Part shown: in pieces, positions 1 through 13,301 of the stretch
How positions within the stretch are numbered: the stretch's first letter is position 1
How the letters are laid out: every line of letters begins with the position of its first letter
From: Tubulanus polymorphus
Taxonomy: Eukaryota; Animalia; Nemertea
DNA length: 64,000 bases
Assembly: GCF_964204645.1 (NCBI RefSeq)
Contig: NC_134031.1
Coordinates: forward strand, 12,092,088 to 12,156,087
Reading direction: 5' to 3'
The notes under the pieces: model-generated
What the model was told of the DNA's origin: nothing
The model's database searches: none
The model's input: the letters and a program-made list of their open reading frames with translations, nothing else
Program-made: the position numbers and the translations under genes

Positions 1-598
1 CCATTAATTCTAATATTGACTATATTAAAGCTGGTAACGTAAAAGTGCGCACATATTCAATGTACTGTTTCATTTTTAACACAGTTATATAATTTTAGAA
101 TAATTCTTCAAATCTACGCTATTAGACAAATTTCCCATGCACAACGTAGATGATTTTTGCGATATTGTTTCCATGTAGAAAAGCCCAAAGGTGAAAAATT
201 TGGGGTTTTTTGGCCAAATATTTTGCAAAAAAAATTTCTACCTACCTACCGACTCAAAACTGAAAAGGTGAGCCGGTGTTACGGCAAACAGACAATTATT
301 TTGGGATGCCCTTATGTGAATATTTTTTCATATTGTGAAACATATTTTTTTGAAAATATATAAAAGTTTTCCTGCCGTGCCTACCTGTACCCTTCAAAGT
401 TTTGGATGTGGACCGTAAACAAATGTATATCTTTGGTCTTATTTGACTACAAAGTAATTCTTTAAGAAAGATAAAATGCAATATAAACTTGTGGAACTTT
501 GAAGTCACGAATTAAAAAAAAGATTTTTCAAGCAATGCCCTTATTCAACAACCTCTAGCTTTCAAGGTAAACCACACTTTGCCCATGGGCAATTTATT
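1..598 (+). repeat. Dispersed repeat: 3' part of TA-flanked MITE plus adjacent repeat, near-identical to 24031-24638
   Basis: Direct sequence match to 24031-24638, including the TIR ...cggcaaacagacaattattttgggatg; other partial copies at ~3530-3800, ~11090-11220 and ~22835-23032. Confidence 0.8.
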
Positions 599-1783
599 TT
601 CATTGGTTCTCGGGTTAAACGACTTATAATCGATGCAATTGAAGACATGGCGAACCTCCGTCAATGACATGGTCAACTTTGTTTAAATTTGACGAAAAAC
701 TGTTTTTGGCGGGAAAATTCTTAGCCCTTGCCTATAAAATTGCAATGACCTCGATTGGGGGGCGTCGTCTCTACGAGCGAATGTGATTGGCTGTTTTTTG
801 GATATACGGGGAATTCCGGTGCTACTAAAATAATTATGGGAAAGCCATTAATGGCATACGTTTCATTGGACTAGGTGCTTATATGTGCGAATTTTAAATG
901 CTCATTGCTGGTGAGAATATGATTATTTCACACATCGCCATAGGTATTGTTTCATTTTAATACCCGGTGAATGTGTGGATTGAGATTGAAGTGAATGTTC
1001 ACTATACAAGGCCTCCACGTGCGCGGGAGTGCTAACATTAGACTGTTGCGCATACAAACACACGCTCATACAGACTTCTATATGGTGATGCTGTAACCCT
1101 GCTTGGTGCGTGCACGTTTGGTATGATAAGCTGAATAATTGTCGTAGCAGATGAGCGCTGTTTTTTCTGCTTGATAGAATTTATAATAAATTGTAATTTT
1201 TTGTGACCTGAAAGTACTAAGCAGCAAACTATAGGTATAGGTCGAGGTCTGAATATTGTAGTGGTAAATTGCAGGATTTAAAACGATCTTATACTACGCC
1301 CCGGTTTTAGCTTCCGCGGCCATATATTGGAAAAGGTTTTGTTTCCAAGACTCAATATTCAGCCACCCTCTGATAAGTCACGAATTAAAAAGATTTTTCA
1401 AGCAATGCCCTTACTCCAAACAACCTCTAGCTTTCAAGGTAAACCACACTTTGCCCATGGGCAATTTATTTCAATAAGTCACATCCCAGGTCGCTATATG
1501 TATACTAAAGTTTCTTCTGGTTAAGAAATCGCGGTAAGTACAATTTTGATGGCATTTGCCCTTTAAAAACTGTTTTATTGCGTGAAAACTACAAGCATAT
1601 ATAGACAGAATGACGTCACAAAATTGATTCCAAAGAGAGGTTTAACAAATGTAGAGCATTACTATTGGTTAGAACCAATAAACAAACCATGAGAAAATTG
1701 ACTATAGTTAACGGTAGTGCGACTTATGGTCCTGAAGCGTAATAATAAAGCTTGAATATGACTTTCGAAGTATTGTGTATAGA

Positions 1784-3507
1784 CCCAGTCAACATTTTAA
1801 GTCGGCTTGACGTCCAAATGAAATCGGCAAGACGGTCGGCCCTAAGTCGATGTCGCAGTCGTCCCGCCGTTGGGCGTGCTCGTCGCGTAGTAGTTGGGCC
1901 GACTTCAGTTTTCGTCACTTAATATTTGCCAATGTCATCCAGGAACTATAATGAGTTTGAGGAACCTCTTCCTGAGACAACTATGGAGAATTACATGTAA
2001 AACTTCTTTTCCTTTAGTAGCAAAACAAAAATCAATACATAATTTTAAACAGTTTTCATAGATTTTGAGATAAACTAAAAGTAATAAAAAAGAAATAAAC
2101 TGTCGCCATTTTTCAGATTGATAACTAGCCGATCATATAATATATATATATAATGCCAAGTCGTTTGAAAAGCATTACTTCGATTGATTACAACGATTTC
2201 AAACAATCTTTAACACATTATTAACAAATAAACAAAACAATATCTATATGATTAATGCCTTAAAAATATGCATACATCATCTAAGTGTTTAAGAATTTTT
2301 ATTTCTATTTCTTTTTATTTCTAATACGTATTACATAATATAGAAATATATCCTTTCATACTACATAGATAATTCACCACTCAATCATTGTTGGAGTCGT
2401 TTATGTGAAGGGATCATCCATACAGAATCTAAAAATGTCACCAGTAAATAAGTTCTGACTGGATATCATCAAGTGAAGCTTCGGGAAGTGACATATCACA
2501 CTCTTCGACGTTGTGCTGTTGTAGAACATGCCCCAACATCCTTTCCTCACGAAATTCCTTGATTGCTGTGACAACCCTAAAAATAAACTGGTATAAAAAT
2601 TGTATTTATTAACTCTATCAACTTCTTCAACTATTTCTCATTTTCAGTCCAGCAGCATAGGCAGCAGCCTAGTACTAGCTCAAAATGCCCTAAAACAAGA
2701 TGATGTATCCATAATATCAGCTATTAAACCTGAATCAATCAATTTGTAATCATTACAACATAATAGTACTGATAACCTAATCATTTTAAGTGCTATTTTA
2801 GCAATAAAATGCATTGAATTTGATATCGCTTTGAATAGACCTTTTCAATTTCATTTATCAAGCAGAAAATTGAAGCAACTCAGCCGCAAATATCAATTGC
2901 CATGTAAATACAATAATACCGAATGTAGCGTAATTACACTTGTTACAACTAGAAGACTGATGAATAGCAATTTTGATAACAAAGAATACAAACAAAAAGA
3001 GCGAACAGAATGGAACCAAAATGGCGGCGGATGATCTATGCACCACGCCGGCCTCATTATAAACAAAGCTTTCAAAAATTTTTCATTCAGTTAAACAACC
3101 TTTTTTAATAACATATAATCAAACGTATATGTGTATCATTGATTAATTGATGAAGTATTGATATCGTCCTTATTTAAATAATTCCAAATGGGATGAGAGA
3201 GGGCACCACCATCTTGGTCAGCATACGGTTAACGGGCCAACGTTGGCCCGACGACGAAAAGATGACCGTATCAAGAATTAATAATTTTGAAACAAAACTA
3301 CGCTATACATATACCTACATAATATTTACTATCATATATTATGCTTAAATTAGAGCAAATGCATCATTAATAAATATTCGCCCCGCAGGGGTCGGCGTGG
3401 AAACGTTTGCCCCATGGCGAAGAGCCCCCATCTTGCCGACCCACTTCCAAATGCCCACTTGATCTGACTCAATGCCGACGTCGGGCCGACTAGAACTGTC
3501 AACTGGG
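1784..3507. mobile_element. Non-autonomous CACTA/EnSpm-like DNA transposon
   Basis: Imperfect ~30-bp TIRs CCCAGtcaacattttaagtcggcttgacgtc / gacgtcgggccgactagaactgtcaaCTGGG; 2-bp TSD GA on both sides; subterminal GC-rich ggccgac repeats; no transposase ORF. Confidence 0.7.
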
Positions 3508-4349
3508 GAAATAACGTCACGCGGGACATGACAAATGGTCTGTTTGCTGTAACCCGACCGACCCAGCTTCAAAGGTATCGATGTGAAAACTTTTTTTGGG
3601 GATTCATAGAAATAAATTTAATTTTTGATAAAAACGGCCGACCGACCCACTACCGATGTATGAGCTACGCATGTTTGAAGTCAAGTGTGCATCGTATGAA
3701 AACATGCCTCGAGTGTGTCTTAATTTAAGTTTTCCAGGAAACTGACAGTGTTCCAATAAGTTGCCATTTATTCTTAGTAACTATATTAAAGCTGGTAATG
3801 TTATAGACATTGTGAGTTTTCCGCTTTGCTCGGCTACCCGTACTGGCGGGTAGTCTAGAGAGGCCAATGAAAACTCCGGTTTGCTGAACTACCCCTCTTT
3901 GCGGGGATGCGGTATGATGTTTGATCTGACAGTTTCAAGTGGTTAATGGGTGTTTCAAGAGCTTACAACGATGCTTATTACTTCATGTGGTACATGATGG
4001 TTTAAAAAAAGATTTCATAATAATATGCTCACCGCGTGGGCTTCGTAGAAAGACCACTGCCTGTGGCCTTCCCAAATTTTAATTGTCCTGTCCGATTTGG
4101 TTTCGTCCAATTGAGAGACTGCCTTTTCCGGTAAGGGCATTTTTGGATCACATAAACTCAGGAAATGACTTACGCTTTTGGGCCCCTTCGTCGGTTCCAC
4201 ATGTTTCATTTGAGCTATAGACCACAATGGTGACACCATGATGGTCAGAAACTGACCAATTGAGATATCCCCGAGTCTGAACACTTGACTTGGAATTTCT
4301 GAAATTTTTCAAGTCATATTTGTTTTCAAACTACTGAGGAATCATTGCA

Positions 4350-5401
4350 AATTCATAAACTGACCATCACTGACCACCACTGACCAATTCAAACTTCTCG
4401 AATATGAAAACGATGTACCGGGTTAAGGTGTCAAACTAGAAAGGATTCGCCATGAATATTGAGAATTCGTAAATTGACCATCACTGACCAATTCATGCTT
4501 CTCGAATATGAGAAAGATATACTGCGTTACGGTGTCAAACTAGAAAGGATTCGCCATCGAAAATTCATGAATTGATAATCACTGACCACCACTGACCAAT
4601 CCATGCTTCTTGAATATGAGAATAATATACCACGTTATGGTGTCAAACTAGAAAGGATTCGCCATCGAAAATTCATGAATTGACCATCACTGACCACCAG
4701 TGATCAATTCATGCTTCTCGAATATGAGAACGAAATACCACATTACAGTGTCAAACTAGAAAGGATTGGCCATTGAAAATTCATAAACTGACCATCACTG
4801 ACCGCCACTGACCAATCTAATCTTCTCGAATGTGAAAATGACATACCGGTACCGCATTTGGTGTGAAGCTAGATAGGATTTGGCATTAAAATTCATAAAT
4901 TGACCATCACCGACCACCACTGACCAATTCAAACTTTTCGAATATTAGAACGATATACCAGTACCGCATTTGGTGCTAAACTAGAAAGGATTCACCATTG
5001 AAAATTAATAAATTGACCATCACTGACCACCACTGACCAATTTCAACTTCTCGAATGTAAGAACAATATACCGGTACCGCATTTGGTGTGAAACTAGAAA
5101 GGATCCGCCATTAATTGACCATCATAAATTAAATTGACCATCACTGACCATTACTGCCCAAGTGAAACTTCTCAAATATAAGAACGATATACCACTACCG
5201 CATTTGGTATGAAACTAGAAAGGATTTGCCATTGAAAATTAATAAATTGACCATCACTGACCACCACTGACCAATTTCAACTTCTCAATGTAAGAATGAT
5301 ATACCAGTACTGCATTTGGTGTGAAACTAGAAAGGATTCACCATTAAAATTCATAAATTGACCATCACTGACCACCACTGCCCAAGTGAAACTTCTTGAA
5401 T
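4350..5401 (+). repeat. Tandem array of ~110-122 bp units, ~10 copies
   Basis: Repeated tgaccatcactgaccaccactgaccaa...aaactagaaaggatt...aaaattcata, with unit starts near 4361, 4475, 4573, 4681, 4788, 4901, 5023, 5135, 5248 and 5358. Confidence 0.9.
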
Positions 5402-7999
5402 ACCGTGGTCAAATTCGAAAGTGCTTGTCGTCGTATTGCTATTTCTACAGACCAGCAGTACGTTTTGCTACTGTTCATGAATGGCGTTGACATGATAGAA
5501 ATATATTACCCATAAATAGTTAAACATCGGGATCACAGCACCCTCACTTGCCGCAGTGCATTATTTTCACTACATAGTAATGCTAATACATAAACTTTTT
5601 TACTACTTGACACGAAGCTTGACTCGAATCATCTGAACAGTACTGTGTTTGAAAACTCAACGAATAGAAAATGTTTGCGGGAAGCGCCTACAAATAAGTT
5701 ATGATAGGATTAAATCTATGGTTAATCGATGCTTAAAAAACAATTAAATCACAAGATGACTAACACCAGTCTTTCAACCAATCAGCGCGATACCAATTAA
5801 TTAAATCATTAAACGCATTGGGCTCCTTATATTTGAAATCATTTGTTTCAATAGTTGTTCTTTAGACTTGGCCACTTTTGTTTCAGAAAATCGCGAACTA
5901 GACCAGTGGTCACCAAGGCATTAGAAAAGTTTTGAAAATTCGACGGTAACGATTTTTTCGTCAAAATCTGTTTCGTTAATATTTTTCGTTAAGTTTTTTT
6001 TTACTCTTGTATAGAATTCACTATATGAAAAGTGTTCATAGGAATTGAAATTTGGTGTTTTCGTTGTGTGTTTCGTTATAAACAAGGTTAAATTCCAAAC
6101 GTACATGAAATATGGAGCCTGTATCAGACGATATACACATCTAGCATTTTCTCTAACTAGGCCCTTTCCAAATGGCAATTGTTCCGTTTTTTAACGGCCG
6201 ACATTCAGAGGCACCTAAAAACCGGTGGAAGCGCTTGAGATTTTCAGTGTAGGCCACATCGCACATCGACTCGGCTCGCGGTCGGTTGTTGATGGGAACA
6301 CATCTGGTTGACACTAGATTCACAGTTGACAAATTCAGAAAACTTTTTCAAATGTCTTTGATAACATCATAAACATAGTATTCTTAATTACATTTCACTG
6401 ATTCCATAGATGTGTTTTTATGAAAATTGCTCCAGTTATAACAGATTTACATACATGTAAAATCATCTTTTTCGAAATATTCAATTTTCTCCAATTTTGA
6501 AGAAATTCTGACACAATATCATCTCCACTCGACACATCATTTTACTTTGGCGCCTTTTAAGGGAGTGTCCCTTAAAGTTGAGTTCATACTTAGTCAAACA
6601 AGGAGATATGCCTGATTCCTTTTTAAAATTTAGATTTCGACAGATATCATCAAATTCAGCAGCTTTCATCAAGAAAGGGACAGCAGCTTTCAGTCATTCT
6701 CAAAAAATACCTTAAATGCAGTCCTAGGGTTGTGGAAAAACAGGACACGAAACATACTGAAAAATCCTTTGTTTGGTAGACTGAAATGATTGAACTCTTA
6801 AATAGCAACATTCAGAGAAACAAAAACATAAGAATATATTCTCGCCCACCCGTTAAAATAACAACGTAATGATATGAGGCCACGTGCCACGTGAAATCAT
6901 AAGATTTCAATTAAAGATGACACGAAGCCTCATATCAAATGATATGAACGCAACAGAGCCTATTCATTCTCTTACAAGGATGGGTCTCCACATTAATAGG
7001 ATAGGAGAATTGTGGGTTTGAATGATGAATACAACTGATAAAGTTTCACTGATTCTTACATATAAATGTTCAAAGGCCCTTTAGAGTAATCGAGTAAACA
7101 GGTGTGTTTTTAGGAGTCTTGAATTTAAATTCAAATCGGGTGTTCATGGCGACTAGAATTGAGAATTCTAGGGCTGGAGCAGGAAACGTGTGGGATCATC
7201 CGCCAAGGTATCGTCTTATATGAAGATAAAATATATGAAGAACATGTTCACAGGTTAACAAGGCCAAAAATCTTCCCCAAAATTTCGAATTTTTACAAGC
7301 AGAGATAATGTACTTCACGCTTTTGGTGCAGAAAAAATGCATGTCCACAAATTGTAAATTGTGTTTTCAAAGTAAACGATTGAGTGTGGAATTGTTTCGA
7401 ATTCGGGGTTCTCCCATTATCACAACGGCGTTGTGATCACTCAAAATTACCCAAAACTTTGAATTCTCGCTGAACTACTACATCCCTATAACAAATGTAT
7501 ATTTCATATCAGGCGATTAACTTTGATCTGTGGTCAGTGGACAGCAGCTACGAAACATTTAAAACTACTACATTATCTTCCATCTATTCATATATATGAT
7601 ATAATATCTTCTTTAATGTTCAGTTTAAACGTCTTGAACGTAAAAGTCTGACAAGTTTCGCATATTGATACTGGTACGCACGTTCACGCAAGTGAAATGC
7701 GCATGTTACAGGCTCAAATGCGCACGTTACAATTACAAATCGTAACGTTGTTCGTTCAAAACCCAACGTGAAAAATCATTGGCACTTAGTGAGAAATTCC
7801 AAAGTTAGGTACCTACAATAGAAATCTGACAAGACTTTTCAAGCAAAAGAATCTAAATGTAAGAGCTAGTAGTACTAACGAAGGATTCGGGCAATATTCC
7901 GTGTCATTTCTAAAATCATTTAACCGGTAATTAGACAGTACTTGTGCAGCTTATACAGGTAAAAGAGGTGTTATATTTACGTTCAGGTCAAATGAAATT

Positions 8000-8510
8000 A
8001 TTTGATACCAGACACGACTAAGTTGTTTCTGAAACAGGTAAATATAGCTATCAGGTCAGTATTGGTCAAGATTTGGTCAGTTGAATAGTTGTTAGAAGAA
8101 AGCCCACACCATATCTAATTATTTGACACCAAACACGACTGTGTTGCTTCTAAAATAGACAAAATTACTTTAGGATAAATATTGGTATTGGTCAAAAATT
8201 TGTCAGTTAAATAGTTGTTTGATCATAGCTTGCGCCATATTTAGTTGATCGACGCCCAAACACGATTTTATGGCTTTACTAAACATATAAATTACTCATG
8301 GGGGGTTATGGTTAGCACTGGTAACTGGTCAAGCATTGGTCAGTTAAACAATTTTTAGATTAATGCCCACATCATGTCGAGTTATTTGACACCAAACAAC
8401 CTGATTGTTTGCAAAACAAAAAATTTACTATATGGTACTGATCATGCATTAGTCAGTTGATAGACCTAGGTCCACGACAAGAGTTATTTGATACCAAACA
8501 TGATTGGATT
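8000..8510 (-). repeat. Degenerate ~120-bp tandem array, apparently a diverged inverted relative of 4350-5401
   Basis: Recurring tttgacaccaaacacga and tggtcagtt motifs at ~120-bp spacing; the reverse complement resembles the ggtgtcaaa...ctgacc units. Confidence 0.55.
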
Positions 8511-9940
8511 GTGTCGTTTCGAAAATTTATCTGTGGTGCAATTTGTGGTTCGTTAGCTTCTTACTTCTTATTTTGAGGGCATTTTATCCTGAACCACCGA
8601 AAGACTGAATTACTAATTAATTCAACAGATCATTATTTAATGAAAGTGAAGATTAGTGTTTAACTAATAGTCCTTGTCTGAACAAAATGTCTCTGGTATG
8701 GGTGCTATGGAATCATGTCCTTAACTGTACACCGAACTGTATCTATTTTTTAGGCCAGCCGTAGGCTGAGCCTATTACTATACAAATGGAGCGAATTTGA
8801 ATGACATGGTTTCCACACAAAAGGCTCTTTTACTTGCCAAGTGAGGGCATATTCGAACAAATCATGTATTTAAGCGTAATCCATTCTCGGAATCGTAGCG
8901 AGCAGAATTTTGAAATAGGGTTTCATAAAAATGTTTTCTGCATTTTGCACGAAAATTAAATCGGGAAAATTTCAATTTTTATCAGCCAATCAGGAAGTTG
9001 TGTCTTCCCTGTGATTGGTTAATCTGAAAATATCAGCAGCTGTTCACGTGAATTATCGTGATTTCATTACTGGTGCCAGTTGGGCAGCCGCGGATATCTA
9101 CCGGAAGTGTTCCGGTTTGATATTTCGAGGTTTCTTTGAATTTTGAAGTGATATTGAAATCCGCTTAACACCGGCGGTAGATTGTGAAAACCCATTGCAT
9201 GATATTTGTATTACTTAATCAATGAAAAGCGTCGGGGCCGCGGCAGTTTTCGCGATTCAAGTAGCGCAATAGCGTACTTCTTCGTGTTCGTCCACCTCAA
9301 TTTTTCACTCCGCCGATCTCTGACACGGCTCTGTCGCCGTTGGCGCTGTGATTGCACTTTCGTACCACCAAAATTTTTTATTTCTATATCAGGGAGGTCT
9401 GGAGAATAAAAAAGTCAAAATTTGGATATCAAATAGGCCTGATTTCATCGAATAAGTCGACCATGGTCGTTACGTTTCTGTACTAATTACCACCTAAAAC
9501 CGTCTGAACAATTTTGTCACAACCAACATTTCGTTTACAGAAATCAGGTGTTCACGTGAACCCGCGGTATCGTCTACTGTTTTACTTCCGGGTTTTATTT
9601 TAAGATTTAAAATTGTATTTCAAGATCGATTTCTATGAAATCTTTAGTTGATTTGGTGTTTGGGAGGAATTTTTATTTGCTCTACAGAAAATTCATCCTT
9701 GACAATTGCGCAAGGTTCGCGAAAAAATAGGTTTTACCAAATCGGTTGTATGACCTTGATATGCACATTAGCCATGTGCTCGAATTGCAAATTCGATCAA
9801 ATTTTATGTTAAAAATGTTAAATCCAATTCGCTTTCCGAGAGTTAATGGTATGCTGCATGGAACAAAGTTGTTTTGAGATGGGTCTTGAAGCTATTGAGG
9901 TCGAGAGATAACCATCTAGATAGTTCGTGAGAGTTCCAAA

Positions 9941-10760
9941 GTTTTGAAGACGCTTTAAGGTAATGTCTTGATATTTGGTTTATACGTGTATCTACCCTAG
10001 ACACATCTTCAGGCCGAAAACTGGCCCTGTCAGATTCAAGATGGCCGACTGGCAGCCATTGTTATTCCCCAAAATCAGCACTTTTTACACATTTTTGAAG
10101 TTTTCGAGGGAAATTTCCAAAAGTCACTTTTATCAATAACCTTGATCATTCGTATATATTTGTATCCCCCACGGGCCCATCGGCATGAGAACAATTGGGT
10201 CGATCGGACTCAAGATGGCTGTCCTGTGACCTTCTTTGTTCCCAAAAATGTCAATTTTGGTCTGAATTCTGAGTCCTGTAGCTTTCTAATGGTGTGCCAT
10301 TTTTCATTGCAATTTGTAATGGGTATTCTTTGGAAAGGGATCTTTTATATCCGAGAGGGTATTTTTGACCAGGCAATTATGACACAATTGGGGGCCATCT
10401 TGGGGTCATCAGTACTCATTCGTAGGTGGAAAAAAAGTTTTTCCACATCATATTGATACTTAAGCATATTTTGCTACCATAATCAATTGGAAAGTTGTAG
10501 CTCATGACATGTTCTATGATCGAGGTGAGTTTCAAGGTCATTGGTTTTTGTTTATGGCCACCAGGGGGCGTTGAACAATACAATAACTTAGTATTTCTAT
10601 ATTACATTCGTACCTATGCATATTTTGCTACCACAATCAATTGGAAAGTTGTAGCTCATGGCATGGTCTATGATCTTGGTGAGTTTCAAGCTCATTGGTT
10701 TTTGTATATGGCCACCAGGGGCGTTGAACAATACAATAACTTAGTATTTCTATATTACAT
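9941..10760 (+). mobile_element. Truncated copy of the HINE (Helentron-associated) family
   Basis: Colinear with the interior of the full copy at 40997-42269. Confidence 0.75.
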
Positions 10761-12875
10761 GTGTTCCTGCTGTCTTTGTTAACACACGATCGTACTATGT
10801 AAATGATATTGAGCAGGGAGTGTATATTGATAAATATAACCCACAGATTACATCATTTATAAAAAGCAAATCTGACAGGCTGGCCATTGTGCCCCTTGTT
10901 ATTATTTTCATGTTACTAACGTAATTGGCTATGATGTTTTCAAGTGGTCTTAAGTACCGCTAATAGCCGAAAGTCGTTGATTTATGTGAAATTTACATAC
11001 AGCGCCACCCGTTGATAGTAAAACTAACCCGAGCAATACAGGTGTTAAATAGATACACTAGCAAACGGGCATTCTCATAATAGCGCATATGTTCAATGTA
11101 CTGTTTCATTTTGAACACACAGCTGACGGTCCAGACGAAGTTAGAATTTAAAAATTGAAATCTAGGCTATAGACAAATTTCCCGTGCACAACACAGATTT
11201 CTGATATTGTTTCCATATAAAATGTAGATTGCCGTTAAAGTTTGGATTGCGATGTTTGTCTTGAAATTTAGGGATTATTATCGGAATGTGACTGCCTTGT
11301 GAGCTAACTACTTTTGACAGGATTAGGATTAGGGTTAAGATTAGGATTAGGATTTTTATTTACACTCCAACCATTTCTATGGTACCTGAGCTACCACCAG
11401 CGCCATCTATTGACCATAAATTGAAGCTTCTGTCAAATTTTACTACAAGTGCTGCCATAAATCATTCTGTGGAATCTTAATAGCCTTTTTTTCTTTACAG
11501 TGTCTCTTTTCTTAACAAGTCACTGATTCAACAGGCAATATAATTTTTTTTAGGAAGGGGGTAAAAACTTGAGAACTAGGTACCGGGTATAATACCACCT
11601 AGTGCTAGAGGGGAGGCCTAGTAGTTTTGCCAAAAATTCATAAACACTGATTGAAGAAAGAATGAATTTTTGGTTTGACACATTTCTTCAGCTTCAACAT
11701 TTTCACTGATAAGAGGAAGTCACGGGTGATTTATCATTTACACATTCGTAAAACTTCTCGAATAAATATGGCAGATAGCACAAAATACACGTCTCTTGTT
11801 AAAGTTCTTTTTGGCGTTGCTAATTATTAAGTGATTAAAATAATGAATAACTCTCATCAACTTTTAACTTTTGAGGTGATGGTAAACTGGTACATTACTT
11901 CCATAAGGCCTAGCTACCCTTGATCAGTGATATGATATTAAAAATATTTTTTTTAAATACAATTTTTCCCTGCCTACCTACCCGACCAAATTTTTGACAT
12001 GAACCGTAAACCAAGGTTTTTTGGCCTTACCGCGCACATGCGGGTATTTAAATGGCTACTAGATGTTAACTGCGCTGAGGCATCTACAGGATTGCACTCG
12101 AAAGTGCTTATTTTGGGTTTTGAAATGGTGCTTATAAGTGCTTATTTAAACCTGAGCCTTACTATTATGGACCCTGTATTCATTAGCATAACAAAACAAT
12201 GTAAATGAAACCACGCTATGGGCTTCGAAAGCCATTTTTCAGCATTTTGCAAGCCTGTGCTAGGTAAACTAATTTTGCCAATTCAAAATTCATTTCTGGA
12301 TGCTAATTCCTTACTGAACAAATTGATGCATAAGATTCACTGTTAAATTGATTAGTAACAAAATACTGACTAAAATGTCGCTTGGAGAGCATATGACAGA
12401 CTGTAGTAATTTTCAACAATGTGGCTCCGGTTATGGAGTCCGTAAATGGAGTGTGATAGTCTTTGAATGGAGTGTGATAGCTCCAGTTACGGAGTACGGT
12501 TAGCGCGTGCGCAATACAGTAGAATTCTGTAACCAAACGAAAAAAATAGCAGAGTCCTTTACCCACTGAGCCACAGCACGCCACTGAAAGATGGATGAGT
12601 TGCTATATATATAGAGCCTCACCTAACCCTAACCCTATTCTTTCACACATGTGCGTACGTAGATATAATGCAGATTCCCCTGTAACTGGTGCCAGTAATT
12701 ATTCATTTGCTTTTTAAATGAATGTTCGAAAACTTGTTTGGTCCAAATAATTTTGGGACACACCACTGTTCAGGCCCTGAATTTAATAACAGTGTTAGCT
12801 TGTTTTGGGCTCTCTAGTTACCCATCAAAGGCTTGAAAGATCTTTAACCATTACTCTTGATCTTCATATTTTTAG

Positions 12876-13301
12876 TATAAAGTACGTCAACATCCACCAG
12901 AGCGATCAGTTGGTGTTCCTGAATATCATCATTATGCAGAACCACTATATCATGAGTTACATTCAGAAGCTCAATTATCAAAAGATTGGCAAGTTTCACA
13001 GAAATATCAGTCATCATTGGATAACCAGCAGCCAAAAATCCATCAAACATTAGAATGTTCACCTGGGATTAATACGCTGCCGAATTCGTCATTATTTACA
13101 CATAATGATCAGTTATCATGCACACCACCTCCACCAAGAGGAATGGAAAGTGATCTCACTAAGAAAAATGTTGATGACATATCTTCTACTATGAAAAATG
13201 CTGCATGCTCACCAATGAGATATTCTCAGCATACTGCTAACAGTGGCATATCACCAAGGCAATCATCCGATGAGTTGTTAGATTTTCGGTTGGTACCATG
13301 A
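12876..13301 (+). CDS. Possible host coding exon, low-complexity Ser/Pro/Gln-rich
   Basis: tttttAG acceptor at 12875 followed by 141 stop-free codons (YKVRQHPPERSVG...FRLVP), in frame with ORF 13017-13301; no recognisable domain. Confidence 0.3.
   Translation, partial: YKVRQHPPERSVGVPEYHHYAEPLYHELHSEAQLSKDWQVSQKYQSSLDNQQPKIHQTLECSPGINTLPNSSLFTHNDQLSCTPPPPRGMESDLTKKNVDDISSTMKNAACSPMRYSQHTANSGISPRQSSDELLDFRLVP

Noticed and set aside
4350-5401. CRISPR-like regular repeat array (also 59224-59540 and 63765-64000)
   Set aside because: Whole units repeat with no unique spacers, there are no cas genes, and the context is eukaryotic.
11321-11352. Telomere-like TTAGG(G) runs (also cctaaccctaaccc near 12622)
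   Set aside because: Only a few degenerate units, typical of repeat-borne microsatellites rather than a telomere.
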